Assembly: GCA_031263565.1 (NCBI GenBank)
Contig: JAISFR010000118.1
Location: forward strand, 1-25,800
Origin: Candidatus Adiutrix sp.
Lineage (GTDB): Bacteria; Desulfobacterota; Desulfarculia; Adiutricales; Adiutricaceae
Length of the DNA stretch: 25,800 bases
Reading direction: 5' to 3'
The translations under genes were made by a program, and so were the position numbers. The notes beneath the pieces are model-generated. The model saw nothing but the letters and a program-made list of their open reading frames with translations. It made no database searches and was not told the DNA's origin. Positions 1 to 9,300 of this stretch are shown here, in pieces. Every line of letters begins with the position of its first letter. The first letter of the stretch is position 1.

Positions 1-1946
1 CCGTCATCAGTCAAGTCACCGACGGCGGCTATAACCCCAATTCTTCTCAGGACATGTTTACCGGCAACACGTTGAACAAAAAGAGCGCGGCCAGTCAGCT
101 TAACGGGACTACCGGTAACGTTGCGGCCGTCAATTTTGAGTATGCTGGGAATGCCAACATCGCCTCTCTCGACACGACTGTCAGAGGGGCGGCGGCATCG
201 CTGGTCCAGTTGAATACAGGGACTTATGACGTCACCTTTGGCGTCGGCAACACCATCACCGGCTCGGGCGGCATTGAAAAACTGGGCGCGGGAATCCTGA
301 CCCTGACCGGCGCGAACAGCTATACCGGCGGCACGACCGTCAGCGCCGGGACCCTGGCGGGCGACACGGACAGTCTGCAAGGCCCGATCACCAACAACGC
401 CGCCGTGCTTTTCGATCAGTCCACCAACGGCACTTACGCGGGCGACATGAGCGGAAGCGGTTCCCTGAGCAAGACCGGCGCGGGAACCCTGACCCTGACC
501 GGCACGAACAGCTATACCGGCATGACCACGGTGGAGAGCGGCACCCTGGCGCTCGGCGCCAATCAGGCTTATTTAAAGGACTTGACCCTGTACGGCGGCG
601 CGACCTTCGATAGAAGCGTCTACAATCATTCACTGGACAACGGTTCCCTGACCGTGCGGGGAGAAGGCGCGACCTATGCCGGCGATTTGAGCGCGGTCGG
701 CGCGACTCTGAACTTCATCGCGCCCGTGACCGTCTCCCAGGCCCTGCTCACGGTGAGCGGCAATGCCGACATCAGCAGCAGTTCCGTCAACGTGGGCCTG
801 ACCGGCGGCACGGCTCTGCCTCTCGGCACGCAACTAACGCTGATTGACGCCAGCGGCAGCCTCACGGCGAACAACCTCAGCGAGGGCGGCGGCATCATGG
901 AATCCGGCGTGACCACGATTTACGGCCTGGCCCTGAGCCCTGACCCGATGACGGGCACCCTGACCGGAACCGTCATCTCCCGCATCGCGAGCGGCCGGAG
1001 CAAGGCTCTTTCCGAAGGCTTTGTTTCCGGCCTGGGCCTGGTCAGCCAGGGCGCGGACCTCATCGCCGGGCAGGGCCTGAGGGAGGCCGTGCGGGCCAGC
1101 CGGGAAACCGGCTACGGCCTCGCCGCCTTCGGCGGTCTTGCCGGCGGCTCCCTGCGCTACAACAGCGGCTCCCATGTGGACCTGGGCAGCCTTTCCTTCC
1201 TGGCCGGGCTGTCTTACGGCGTGGACCTCGCGTCCGCCAGCCTGACCCTGGGCGCGTTTTTTGAATACGGCAACGGTTCCTACGACACCTACAATTCCTT
1301 CAGCAACGCCGCCTCGGTCCACGGGGACGGCGACCTCAGCCACGTCGGCGGCGGCCTTTTGGGGCGCCTGGACTTCCCCGGCGCCGGGCCGGGCCTTTTC
1401 TATGTCGAGGCCTCGGGCCGGGCGGGCGGCGTGCGCAACGATTACGGCAGCTCCGATCTGCGCGATCCCCAGGGCCGCCGGGCGGAATACGACTCCTCTT
1501 CGGCCTACTACGGCTTCCATTTCGGAACCGGCTATGTCTGGAACCTTACGGAGACCGCTTCTCTCGACCTCTACGGCAAATACTTCTGGACGCGGCAGGA
1601 GGGGGATTCCGTCATCCTGAGCACCGGCGACCGGGTGGCCTTTGCGGACGCCGATTCCAGCCGTCTGCGCCTTGGCGGGCGTCTGGCCTGGGCCCTGAAC
1701 GAATACGTCAGCCCCTACTTCGGGGCCGCCTATGAGCATGAGTTCGACGGGCGGGCCAGGGCCACGGCCAACGGTCTCGTCGCCATAGAGGCGCCCTCCC
1801 TGGGCGGCAACACCGGCATCGGGGAACTCGGCCTGACCCTCAAGCCGTCTCAAAGCCGCCCTCTGTCCCTGGACCTGGGCCTGCAGGGCTATACGGGCCG
1901 GAAGGAAGGCCTGACGGGCAGTTTGCAGTTGAGAATTGAGTTCTAA
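1..1946 (+). CDS. Autotransporter (5'-partial; the frame is open to the window edge). Passenger region has PATR-type repeats; C-terminal part is an outer-membrane beta-barrel translocator.
   Basis: Frame 3 is open from nt 3 with no stop before the ATG at 54, so the gene very probably begins upstream of the window. Repeated GTLTLTG(A/T)NSYTG motifs, encoded by ~50-bp direct DNA repeats at about 288-343 and 483-536. Gly/Ser/Thr-rich passenger. C-terminal ~280 aa show alternating aromatic and hydrophobic beta-strand pattern and end in ...LQLRIEF (terminal Phe, an OMP beta-barrel signature). Confidence 0.7.
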   Translation, partial: VISQVTDGGYNPNSSQDMFTGNTLNKKSAASQLNGTTGNVAAVNFEYAGNANIASLDTTVRGAAASLVQLNTGTYDVTFGVGNTITGSGGIEKLGAGILTLTGANSYTGGTTVSAGTLAGDTDSLQGPITNNAAVLFDQSTNGTYAGDMSGSGSLSKTGAGTLTLTGTNSYTGMTTVESGTLALGANQAYLKDLTLYGGATFDRSVYNHSLDNGSLTVRGEGATYAGDLSAVGATLNFIAPVTVSQALLTVSGNADISSSSVNVGLTGGTALPLGTQLTLIDASGSLTANNLSEGGGIMESGVTTIYGLALSPDPMTGTLTGTVISRIASGRSKALSEGFVSGLGLVSQGADLIAGQGLREAVRASRETGYGLAAFGGLAGGSLRYNSGSHVDLGSLSFLAGLSYGVDLASASLTLGAFFEYGNGSYDTYNSFSNAASVHGDGDLSHVGGGLLGRLDFPGAGPGLFYVEASGRAGGVRNDYGSSDLRDPQGRRAEYDSSSAYYGFHFGTGYVWNLTETASLDLYGKYFWTRQEGDSVILSTGDRVAFADADSSRLRLGGRLAWALNEYVSPYFGAAYEHEFDGRARATANGLVAIEAPSLGGNTGIGELGLTLKPSQSRPLSLDLGLQGYTGRKEGLTGSLQLRIEF

Positions 1947-1964
1947 GATTGGCGGCCTTAAAAT

Positions 1965-2004
1965 AATGTGGCCCGGAGCTTCAGACCTCCGGGCCACATT
2001 TTTA
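1965..2004 (+). terminator. Rho-independent terminator
   Basis: Perfect 14-bp stem aatgtggcccggag / ctccgggccacatt with an 8-nt loop, followed by TTTT at 2001-2004, 19 nt after the autotransporter stop. Confidence 0.7.
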
Positions 2005-2210
2005 TGCCAAAGTTAAATGAATCAGCTCATTTAAACTGAAGTTCCTGACTACCCCCGCTATATCTTTGCATAAAGGGGCAAAAGTAAAGGTACTTCCTTC
2101 GGGCCACTCGTCGCGCCATTGCCTCTGCAATCCCCCCACCTTGATTCAGCCTAACCTGATTCGCCGTAATTGGCAAGGCGCTCTGTCAGGCAAAATTTTG
2201 ATCCAGTCCT

Positions 2211-2238
2211 TTACATGTGAGATATCGTGTGATATAGT
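2211..2238 (+). promoter_or_regulatory. Putative sigma70-type promoter TTACAT-N16-TATAGT, embedded in a TGTG...GATATC...CACA repeat-rich candidate operator.
   Basis: TTACAT at 2211-2216, 16-nt spacer, TATAGT at 2233-2238, about 33 nt upstream of the ATG at 2271. Sits in a 265-bp AT-richer intergenic region. GATATC and TGTGA repeats flank it. Confidence 0.3.
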
Positions 2239-2270
2239 GTATCCACAATTGACGATTGAGGATATCGGCC

Positions 2271-2915
2271 ATGTCCCAAAAAAAGTCGGCCCACTATCAG
2301 CGCCAGTACCGGCAGCGGCTGCGCGACAGGGGCCTGGTCAAGAAGGAAATCTGGATTCTGCCCGAACGGGCGGCTGAACTTCATTATGTGGAGCGGGAGC
2401 TTCGCCGGCCGGGGACCCGGTCCGTCAGCGTCGCCGACGCCGAAAGAGAGGTCGACACCATGAAAGCGGCTCAATTATGGACCACCCAGGAGCTTTACGA
2501 AGCCCTCGCGGCCGCGGACCTGTTCACCGACGGCCGGGCCAGCGTGGAAATTCTTAACGCGGCCGAGCCGTGCCTCCATATCGTCATGCACGATTACGGC
2601 GACCTGCCGCTGTTTTTGACTGTCTCCCGCCAGCACATCCTGGTCGAGGCCCTCTTGTGGCCGACCAGCTCGGTGCGCGACGCGGAGGCCCTCAACCGGG
2701 AGGTGCTGCGGACTCACAAGTTCTTCTCCCTGTCCACCGTGGGGATCGACACCCTGGCCGACGGCCGCGAGCATTACATCATGTTCGGTTCCCTGAGCGC
2801 TTTCTCCGTTTTGTCCGGCATTCTTTTTGAAATTGAAACCCTGGCCGACAACGTAATCCGAGCCACCGAGGCCTATGAGGATTTCCTGGTCGCGGAAAAG
2901 GAGACAGACTTATGA
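2271..2915 (+). CDS. Hypothetical protein. The C-terminal ~140 aa may be a YjfI-like (DUF2170) domain. The N-terminal ~40 aa are basic (possible small DNA-binding extension).
   Basis: ATG at 2271 with a GAGGA Shine-Dalgarno 9 nt upstream (the ORF track's TTG at 2256 is less likely). Its stop overlaps the start of the next gene (ATGA), consistent with the yjfI-yjfJ order seen in E. coli, where YjfI precedes a PspA-family gene. The domain assignment is from memory of that family and is low-certainty. Confidence 0.55.
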   Translation: MSQKKSAHYQRQYRQRLRDRGLVKKEIWILPERAAELHYVERELRRPGTRSVSVADAEREVDTMKAAQLWTTQELYEALAAADLFTDGRASVEILNAAEPCLHIVMHDYGDLPLFLTVSRQHILVEALLWPTSSVRDAEALNREVLRTHKFFSLSTVGIDTLADGREHYIMFGSLSAFSVLSGILFEIETLADNVIRATEAYEDFLVAEKETDL

Positions 2916-3625
2916 ACGTGTGGAGCAAACTGGTAAACGCGGTGCGCGGCGGCGTCAACGATCTCGGCGAGGGGCTGGTCGACAGCCAGGCCCTGCGGAT
3001 ATTGGATCAGGAAATAAGAGACGCTGACGAAGAACTGAAAAAATCCCGGGAAGCCCTGGCTTCCATGATGGCCCGGCAGAAGACGGCCGACGAGGCGGTC
3101 AAAAAGCTGGACGGCAGGATATCCGAATACGAGGGTTACGCCCTGAAAGCTCTGGACCTGGGCAACGAGATTCTGGGGCTGGAGGTGGCTGAAAAGCTGG
3201 CCGGGCTGGAAGTGGAACGCAATGACGAGGCCGACCGGCTGGCCGACACGGCCGAGAGCGTGGCCAGCCTGCGCAGGACCGTGACCCAGGCCGAGAACGG
3301 CATCAAGCGCCTCCGCCAGCAGCTGGACACCATCCGGGCCACCGAGAGCGTGCAGAAGGCCCAGATGACCGTGGCCCGCCGCCAGGGCGGGTCCGACGCC
3401 AAGCTCCAGACCGCTCTGGAATCCTTAGAGCGCATCAAGCAGCGCCAGGAACGGGCGGCGGCCGAAATCGACGCCTACAACGCCCTGTCCGGCGACAGCC
3501 GGGACGAAAGCCTGGAGGCCAAGCTCCGCGCCGCCGGCATCATCGTCAGCGAAGTCAGCGCCGAATCGGTGCTGGCCCGCCTGAAAGAAAAGAAGGCGGC
3601 CACGGAGGGCGAGCAGGAATCATAA
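2912..3625 (+). CDS. PspA/IM30 family protein (YjfJ-like; bacterial ESCRT-III-like membrane-remodelling protein).
   Basis: 237-aa, entirely coiled-coil protein. N-terminal amphipathic helix MNVWSKLVNAVRGGVNDLGEGL, then ...LRILDQEIRDADEELKKSREALA... The layout and several motifs (ATESVQKAQ, LESLERIKQRQERAAAEIDA, VLARLKE) resemble E. coli YjfJ/PspA. AGGAG-type RBS (aaaaggagac) upstream. Translationally coupled to the upstream gene. Confidence 0.85.
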   Translation: MNVWSKLVNAVRGGVNDLGEGLVDSQALRILDQEIRDADEELKKSREALASMMARQKTADEAVKKLDGRISEYEGYALKALDLGNEILGLEVAEKLAGLEVERNDEADRLADTAESVASLRRTVTQAENGIKRLRQQLDTIRATESVQKAQMTVARRQGGSDAKLQTALESLERIKQRQERAAAEIDAYNALSGDSRDESLEAKLRAAGIIVSEVSAESVLARLKEKKAATEGEQES

Positions 3626-3669
3626 GGCCAGGGCGCACCCGGCGCCTTAAAGGCGAAGGTAGGTGGGGC

Positions 3670-4371
3670 ATGATGGAATTTCTGGACAACTGCCTGTCGT
3701 TTCCCGTCAACATCTTCAGCGGGATGATGATCATCGCCGCCATTTACTGGCTGATCGCCTCCTTCGGCCTCTTGGACGTGGACAGCCTGGACCTGGATAT
3801 GGACGTGGGCGGCGACCTCGGCGGGGACGGGCCCGACGTCGGCCTCGGCGACGCGGGGCCGGCGGTGGCCGGCGTCTCCGGCCTGGAGGCCCTGACCAGT
3901 CTCCTGTTCCACCTCGGGCTCTACGGGGTGCCCATGACCCTGATTCTGTCCCTCATCACTCTGACCGGCTGGGTGATTACCTTCTGCGTGTTTGACCTGA
4001 CGCTGGGGCGCTTTCTGGCGCCCGGGCCGCTGCGCTATATCCTGGGCGTCCCGCTCTTCGCGGGGGCCTTCATCGCCGGCGCCCTGCTGACCTCGGTCAT
4101 CATCAGACCGCTGCGGCCGTTTTTTAAAAAAGAACCTTCAGTTACCGCCGCTTCAATCTGCGGGCGCGTGGTGCTGGTCCGTTCCACCCGGGTGACCGAC
4201 AGCTATGGCGAGGCGGTTTACGAAGGCGGCGGGACAAACATGCTCCTGGACGTCCGCCCGGCCCGCGAAGGCGCGGTTTTCAAACGCGGCGACAAAGCGG
4301 TGCTGCTGGATTACGATGCCGCCCGGCGTCTCTATACCATAATCAGTGAAGATGAATTTCGCGGGCGATAG
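3670..4371 (+). CDS. NfeD-like integral membrane protein (YqiJ/YuaF-like partner of flotillin) with a C-terminal OB-fold.
   Basis: Several predicted TM helices (IIAAIYWLIASFGLL; LILSLITLTGWVITFCVF; GVPLFAGAFIAGALLTSVII) with an acidic Gly/Asp-rich loop. C-terminal beta-rich segment GRVVLVRS...GEAVYEGGG...LLDYDAARRLYTI is typical of the NfeD OB-fold. Lies immediately upstream of an SPFH/flotillin gene, as in yqiJK and yuaF-floT. Confidence 0.65.
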   Translation: MMEFLDNCLSFPVNIFSGMMIIAAIYWLIASFGLLDVDSLDLDMDVGGDLGGDGPDVGLGDAGPAVAGVSGLEALTSLLFHLGLYGVPMTLILSLITLTGWVITFCVFDLTLGRFLAPGPLRYILGVPLFAGAFIAGALLTSVIIRPLRPFFKKEPSVTAASICGRVVLVRSTRVTDSYGEAVYEGGGTNMLLDVRPAREGAVFKRGDKAVLLDYDAARRLYTIISEDEFRGR

Positions 4372-4430
4372 GAATTCGTCGAGCGCCTTGACAAAGCCTT
4401 GGAAGGATATTTTAAGCAGGGGGACATCTT

Positions 4431-6338
4431 ATGTTCGGTCTCAGCAGTTCTATTCTGTTTCTGGTTGTGGTGGGCTTTATAGTCCTGACCGCCTTCGGCC
4501 TGGTCGGTCTGATCAAATCATTTTACATCAAGGTGCCCCAGGGGACGGCCCTCATTATCAACAATTTGCAGGCCACCCCCCAGGTCAGCTTCACCGGCGC
4601 CCTGGTTCTGCCGGTGATCCACAAAAAAGAATTCATGAAAATTTCGGTCCTGACCCTGGAAATCGACCGGCGCGGCAAAGACGGCCTCATCTGCAAGGAC
4701 AATCTGCGGGCCGACATTACCGTGGCCTTCTATCTGCGGGTCAATGAAACCGCCGACGACGTGCTGCAGGTGGCTAAAAGCATCGGGGCCGACCGGGCTT
4801 CCGATCCCACCGCCGTGGGCGTGCTGTTCAACGCCAAATTTTCCGAAGCCCTTAAAACAGCGGGCAAGCAGTTTGAACTGCACCGGCTCTTTGAAGAGCG
4901 CCTTCAGTTCCGGGAACGCATTCGCGAGGTCATCGGCAAGGACCTGAACGGTTACAGCCTGGAAGACGTGGCCATCGACTACCTGGAACAGACCTCGGTC
5001 ACCCACCTTGATCCGAACAACATCTTCGACTCGGAAGGCATCCGTAAAATCACCGAAACCACGGCCACCCAGAACGTCATTACCAACGAGGCCGAACGCA
5101 ACAAAGAACTGGCCATTCAGAAAAAGAACGTGGAAACCCGGGAAGCCAGCCTGGCCCTGGAACGTCAGCAGGCCGACGCTGAAGCCCGCCAGAAGCGGGA
5201 AATAGAAACCATCCGGGCCCGCGAGAAGGCGGAAACCCTCAAGGTGCAGGAAGAAGAGCGCTTAAAGGCCGAATACGCCCGCCTGCAGACCGAACAGGAA
5301 ATACAGGTTCGGGAGGAAAACCGGCACCGTGAAGTTGAAGTCGCGCAGCAGAACCGGGTGCGGGCGGTCCAGGTGGAAATGGAGCGGGTCACCCGGGCCA
5401 GGGACCTGGAAGTTGTGGCCCGCGAACGGGAAGTCGAATTGAGCCGCATCGACAAAGAGAAGGCCCTGGAAGAAGAGCGCAAGAACATCGCCAACGTCAT
5501 CCGCGAGCGGGTGGCGGTGGACAAGACCGTGGCCGTCGAGGAAGAGCGGATTAAAGATGTGCGGCTGGTGGCCGAGGCCGAGCGCCAGCGGCAGGTGGTC
5601 ATTATTGACGCCCAGGCCCAGGCCGGGGAAAAGCTGGTCAGCCAGGTGAAAGAGGCCGAGGCGGATAAGGAGCGAGCCCTGTTCAAGGCCGCTGAAATCA
5701 GCACTATGGCCCAGGCCGAACTGGAAGCGGCCACCAGGCAGTCCGAGGCGAAAAAGCGCCTGGCCGAAGGTCTTGAGGCCGAAGAAGCCGCCCTGGGGCT
5801 GGCCGAGGCCAGGGTGCGGCAGGCCAAGGCGGCGGCCGAGGAAAAAGAGGGGCTGGTCCAGGCCAGGGTCCTTGAGGAAAAACTTCTGGCCGAAGCTCGC
5901 GGCCAGGAACAGGTGGGGCTGGTCAAAGCCAGAACCGCCAGGGAATACGGCCTGGCGGAAGCCGACATCATTCGCGAACGCCTCAGAGGCGAGGCCGACG
6001 GGCTCACGGAAAAATTCAAAGCCATCGGCAGCCTGACCGAAGAGGCCCGGGCTCACGAGGAGTTCCGCATCCAATTGGAAAAGCACCTGGAAGCCGCTCT
6101 GGCCTCCATGGAAGCCAACAGGGAAATCGCCCGCGAGCAGGCCGACGTTCTGGCCGCGGCCCTGGCCAAGACCAGCATCGACATCGTCGGCGGCGACGGC
6201 GAGTTCTTCGACACTTTCTCCAAATCGCTCCGGGTGGGCAAGGCCATCAACGGCCTCCTGGGTAAAAGCCCGGCGGCCAACAGCCTGATGGAGGCTATCC
6301 TGTCCCGGGTCGGCCCGTCGGACGGCGACGGCCAATAA
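4431..6338 (+). CDS. Flotillin-like SPFH/band-7 protein (YqiK/FloT family) with a long Glu/Arg/Ala-rich coiled-coil region.
   Basis: N-terminal TM anchor (ILFLVVVGFIVLTAFGLVGLI). SPFH domain (YIKVPQGTALIINN...ISVLTLEIDRRGKDGLICKDNLRADITVAFYLRVN...). Then an ~300-aa EA/ER-rich coiled coil typical of flotillins. RBS agggggac before the ATG at 4431. Confidence 0.85.
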   Translation: MFGLSSSILFLVVVGFIVLTAFGLVGLIKSFYIKVPQGTALIINNLQATPQVSFTGALVLPVIHKKEFMKISVLTLEIDRRGKDGLICKDNLRADITVAFYLRVNETADDVLQVAKSIGADRASDPTAVGVLFNAKFSEALKTAGKQFELHRLFEERLQFRERIREVIGKDLNGYSLEDVAIDYLEQTSVTHLDPNNIFDSEGIRKITETTATQNVITNEAERNKELAIQKKNVETREASLALERQQADAEARQKREIETIRAREKAETLKVQEEERLKAEYARLQTEQEIQVREENRHREVEVAQQNRVRAVQVEMERVTRARDLEVVAREREVELSRIDKEKALEEERKNIANVIRERVAVDKTVAVEEERIKDVRLVAEAERQRQVVIIDAQAQAGEKLVSQVKEAEADKERALFKAAEISTMAQAELEAATRQSEAKKRLAEGLEAEEAALGLAEARVRQAKAAAEEKEGLVQARVLEEKLLAEARGQEQVGLVKARTAREYGLAEADIIRERLRGEADGLTEKFKAIGSLTEEARAHEEFRIQLEKHLEAALASMEANREIAREQADVLAAALAKTSIDIVGGDGEFFDTFSKSLRVGKAINGLLGKSPAANSLMEAILSRVGPSDGDGQ

Positions 6339-6350
6339 CGGGTGACGGCG

Positions 6351-9300
6351 ATGGCGGAAATTAAAGATGAAAAGCTTGAGGCTCTGGACGCGGCGGTAGC
6401 CGAGGGCGGGGCTTATGAAATCCTCCGCCGGCGCCTGTCGGACCTGGGCGGCCAACTGCGGGCGGCCGCCCAGGATCTCAACGAACGCCGGCTGGCCGAA
6501 TTCGGCAAGAGCGAGATGGACCTTGCCGGCCGGGTGCGCATCCGGACCGAGAACAACTGCATGGCCCGCGACATCGTCCAGGTCGGCGGCTTACTCCTGT
6601 TCGGCTACAACGTTTTCATCGGGCTGAAAAAAGAAACCCGGGTGGAAGACGTGTTTTCCCTCTATAAGCTGGAAGACCGGGGCGGCGACTATGAAGCCGT
6701 GCCGATACCCCTGGCCGACACTTTTCTGGCCGACCCGGTCTTCGTCCGCGATTTCACCGAACTCTACACCTATTACAAAGACGCCGGCCTTTTGCAGCTT
6801 TCGGTCTGGGACGGCAAGCTTCTGGCCAGCTTCAGGATAGGCCTCAAGGTTTCCGATGTGCGGGTTTTCCGCTGGTCTGTTTCGGCGGACGGGCGTAACC
6901 TAAGCTATATCGACAATCGCGGCGAGCGCGACATCAAGCTTCCGCCGGCCCATGATTTTGAATGGGTTCGCACCGGGCGGGAAAACGCCGTGGGCGGGCG
7001 GCACCCGCACGTCAATATTCTGGACACGGTTTTCGTCGAAACCGTGGGCGGCGATTTGACCGTCAAGATGGAAAACAATACCGAAAGCGGCCTGGGCATT
7101 TACCGCGAAGACGTGCTGGACAAAACCCAATCCCTTGATGACGGGCAGATCGAATACGCCAGGGTCGGCAGCCTGATTCTCCTGAAAATATTGCCCTACC
7201 GGGAAACCGTGTGGCGCTATCTCGTTTACAACAGCCTGACCCATGACGTCCGCCGCATCGACGCCATCGGCCAGGCCTGCCTCGAACTGCCGGAAGATCA
7301 CGGCATCATCTTTCCCGGCGGCTGTTATCTTCAGAACGGGGAGTGGAAGACTTTTGACCAGCCCATGAACGGCATGCTCTTCCGCCGCCAGCGCAAATCG
7401 CCCAACGGCGAGGATGTGCTTTACGTTTTCTATGATCCTGAAGCCGGCCGTCTGACTCTGTTCAATTACAACCTGATTGAGCGGGCCCTGGCTTCACCCA
7501 TCATGGGCGACGGTTACACTCTTCTGGAGGACGGCCGCATGATTCTCTTTGAGGATCAGGGCGACGAAGCCACCCGGATTCACCCGATGCAGATTTGGCG
7601 AACCCCTTTTTACACCGACGAGTACGCCGCCCTGACCAGGAGCCGCAACACCGTTCTGTCCCGCGTCGGCAACGCCGACCTGGTGCGCGGCATTTCCGAT
7701 TTGTACAATATTGTGAGGGAGGTTGAAGCGCCGAGGGTTTCTTCGGCCCTCTACAACAAGCTCAGCCAGGACGCCCGCCGCCTGTTCGACGCCTATTTCT
7801 GGATGAAGGATGAGGAAAACTTCAAAGTCGCCGCCGTTCTGCGGGAAATAGCCAGGACCGGCGAACTGGTCATCGATGAATATGAGAAGGTGGAAAGCAT
7901 CCGCAAGCAGGCCGAAAAAGCTCTGCGCGAGGCGGCCGCCGCCCAGAAGGAACTGTTCGGCAAACTGACGCCGGACGCCTGGGACAATATCCGCGAATTC
8001 TCCGACGGCCTGGAAAGCGTCCAACTGCAGCGCGGCCGGCTCATATCCCTGCGCGCTCTGCGCTATATTGATCTGGCCGGCATCGATCAATTGGAAGCGG
8101 AACTGAAAACGCGGGAAGATGAAGTCGCCCGCGGGGCGGCCGTTTTCCTGGCCGGGGACAGGGCTCTGGCGCCCTATACGGCCGCGCTTGTTCAGCTCGA
8201 CACGCAGACCGCCAGGGCGCCCAACGTGGCCGCTTTGGCCGCCGCCGGCGCGGAGCTGGAAAAAATAAGCGGCGACCTGGATGCCCTGTCCGCGCTCATG
8301 TCTTCCGTTCCCTTTGAAGACGCGACCTGGCAGACGAGGATTATTGAAGACATTTCCGAGGTCTATGCCCGGACCAATCAGGCCCGGGCCCGGCTGGCCG
8401 CGCGCCGCCGGGAACTCGGCGGGGCCGAGGACCAGGCCCGGTTCGGGGCCCGGTTCAAGCTTTTCAGCCAGACTATGGCCTCGGCCGTGACCCTGGCCAC
8501 CGACCCCGAGCGATGCGACGAAGAGCTGGCCCGGCTTCTTTTGCAGCTTGAGGAAATGGAAAGCCAGTTCGGGGACTATGAGGAATTTTCAGCCGATATC
8601 CTGCAAAAACGGGAAGAGTTGCTGGAAACTTTCGAATCGCGCAAGCAAACTCTTCTGGACGCCCGTCAGCGCCGGGCCCAGGGCCTGGCCGGCAGTGCCC
8701 GGCGCATCTTGGAAACCCTGCCGCGCCGCACCGCCCGTCTGGCCGCCATTGAGGAGATTAATGCCTTTTTCGCGGCCGACCCCATGGTGCTCAAGCTCCG
8801 GGACCTGACCGACAGCCTGCGCGCCCTGAAAGACAGCGTCAGGGCCGAGGACCTGGAAGCCCGGTTCAAGGCGGCCCGGGACCAGGCCCTGCGCGGTCTG
8901 CGCGACAAGACCGAACTTTACGAGGACGGCGGGGCCACCATCCGCCTCGGGCCGCGCCACCGCTTCAGCGTCAATACCCAGGAGCTTGACCTGACCGTTC
9001 TGCCCCAGGAAGGCGAACTGCGGCTTTCGTTAACCGGCACCGATTTTCAGGAGCCGGTGCGGGATGCCGGCCTGGAGGATATGCGTCAATTTTGGGGAAT
9101 GGTCATTGAATCGGAATCGGCGGACGTCAGTCGGGCCGAGTTCCTGGCTTATGAAATTCTGCAAGCCGCGCGCTCCGGGCGGGACGGCTTTGACTATGAA
9201 GAGATGCGGGCCATGTTGAGCCGGCCGGAAGAACTGGAGGCCAAGGTCAGAGCCTTTGCCGCGCCCCGCTATCGCGAGGGTTATGAAAAGGGCCTGCACG

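Noticed and set aside
2160-2190. Possible sigma54 promoter (ttggcaaggcgctctg) upstream of the PspA-family operon, by analogy to pspA
   Set aside because: The -12 element (TTGCA) is not present at the correct spacing from the GG of TGGCA, and no adjacent bEBP (pspF-like) gene lies in the window. A sigma70-like element at 2211-2238 fits better.
2066-2377. 103-aa ORF upstream of and overlapping the yjfI-like gene
   Set aside because: No RBS. It spans the AT-rich promoter region, overlaps the better-supported start at 2271 in another frame, and has an unremarkable composition.
4388-4420. Internal promoter TTGACA at 4388 in front of the flotillin gene
   Set aside because: The best downstream -10 candidates (ATATTT/TATTTT) lie at 13-14-nt spacing, which is too short. 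Kept only as a recurrence of the TTGACAAAGCC motif, not as a promoter feature.
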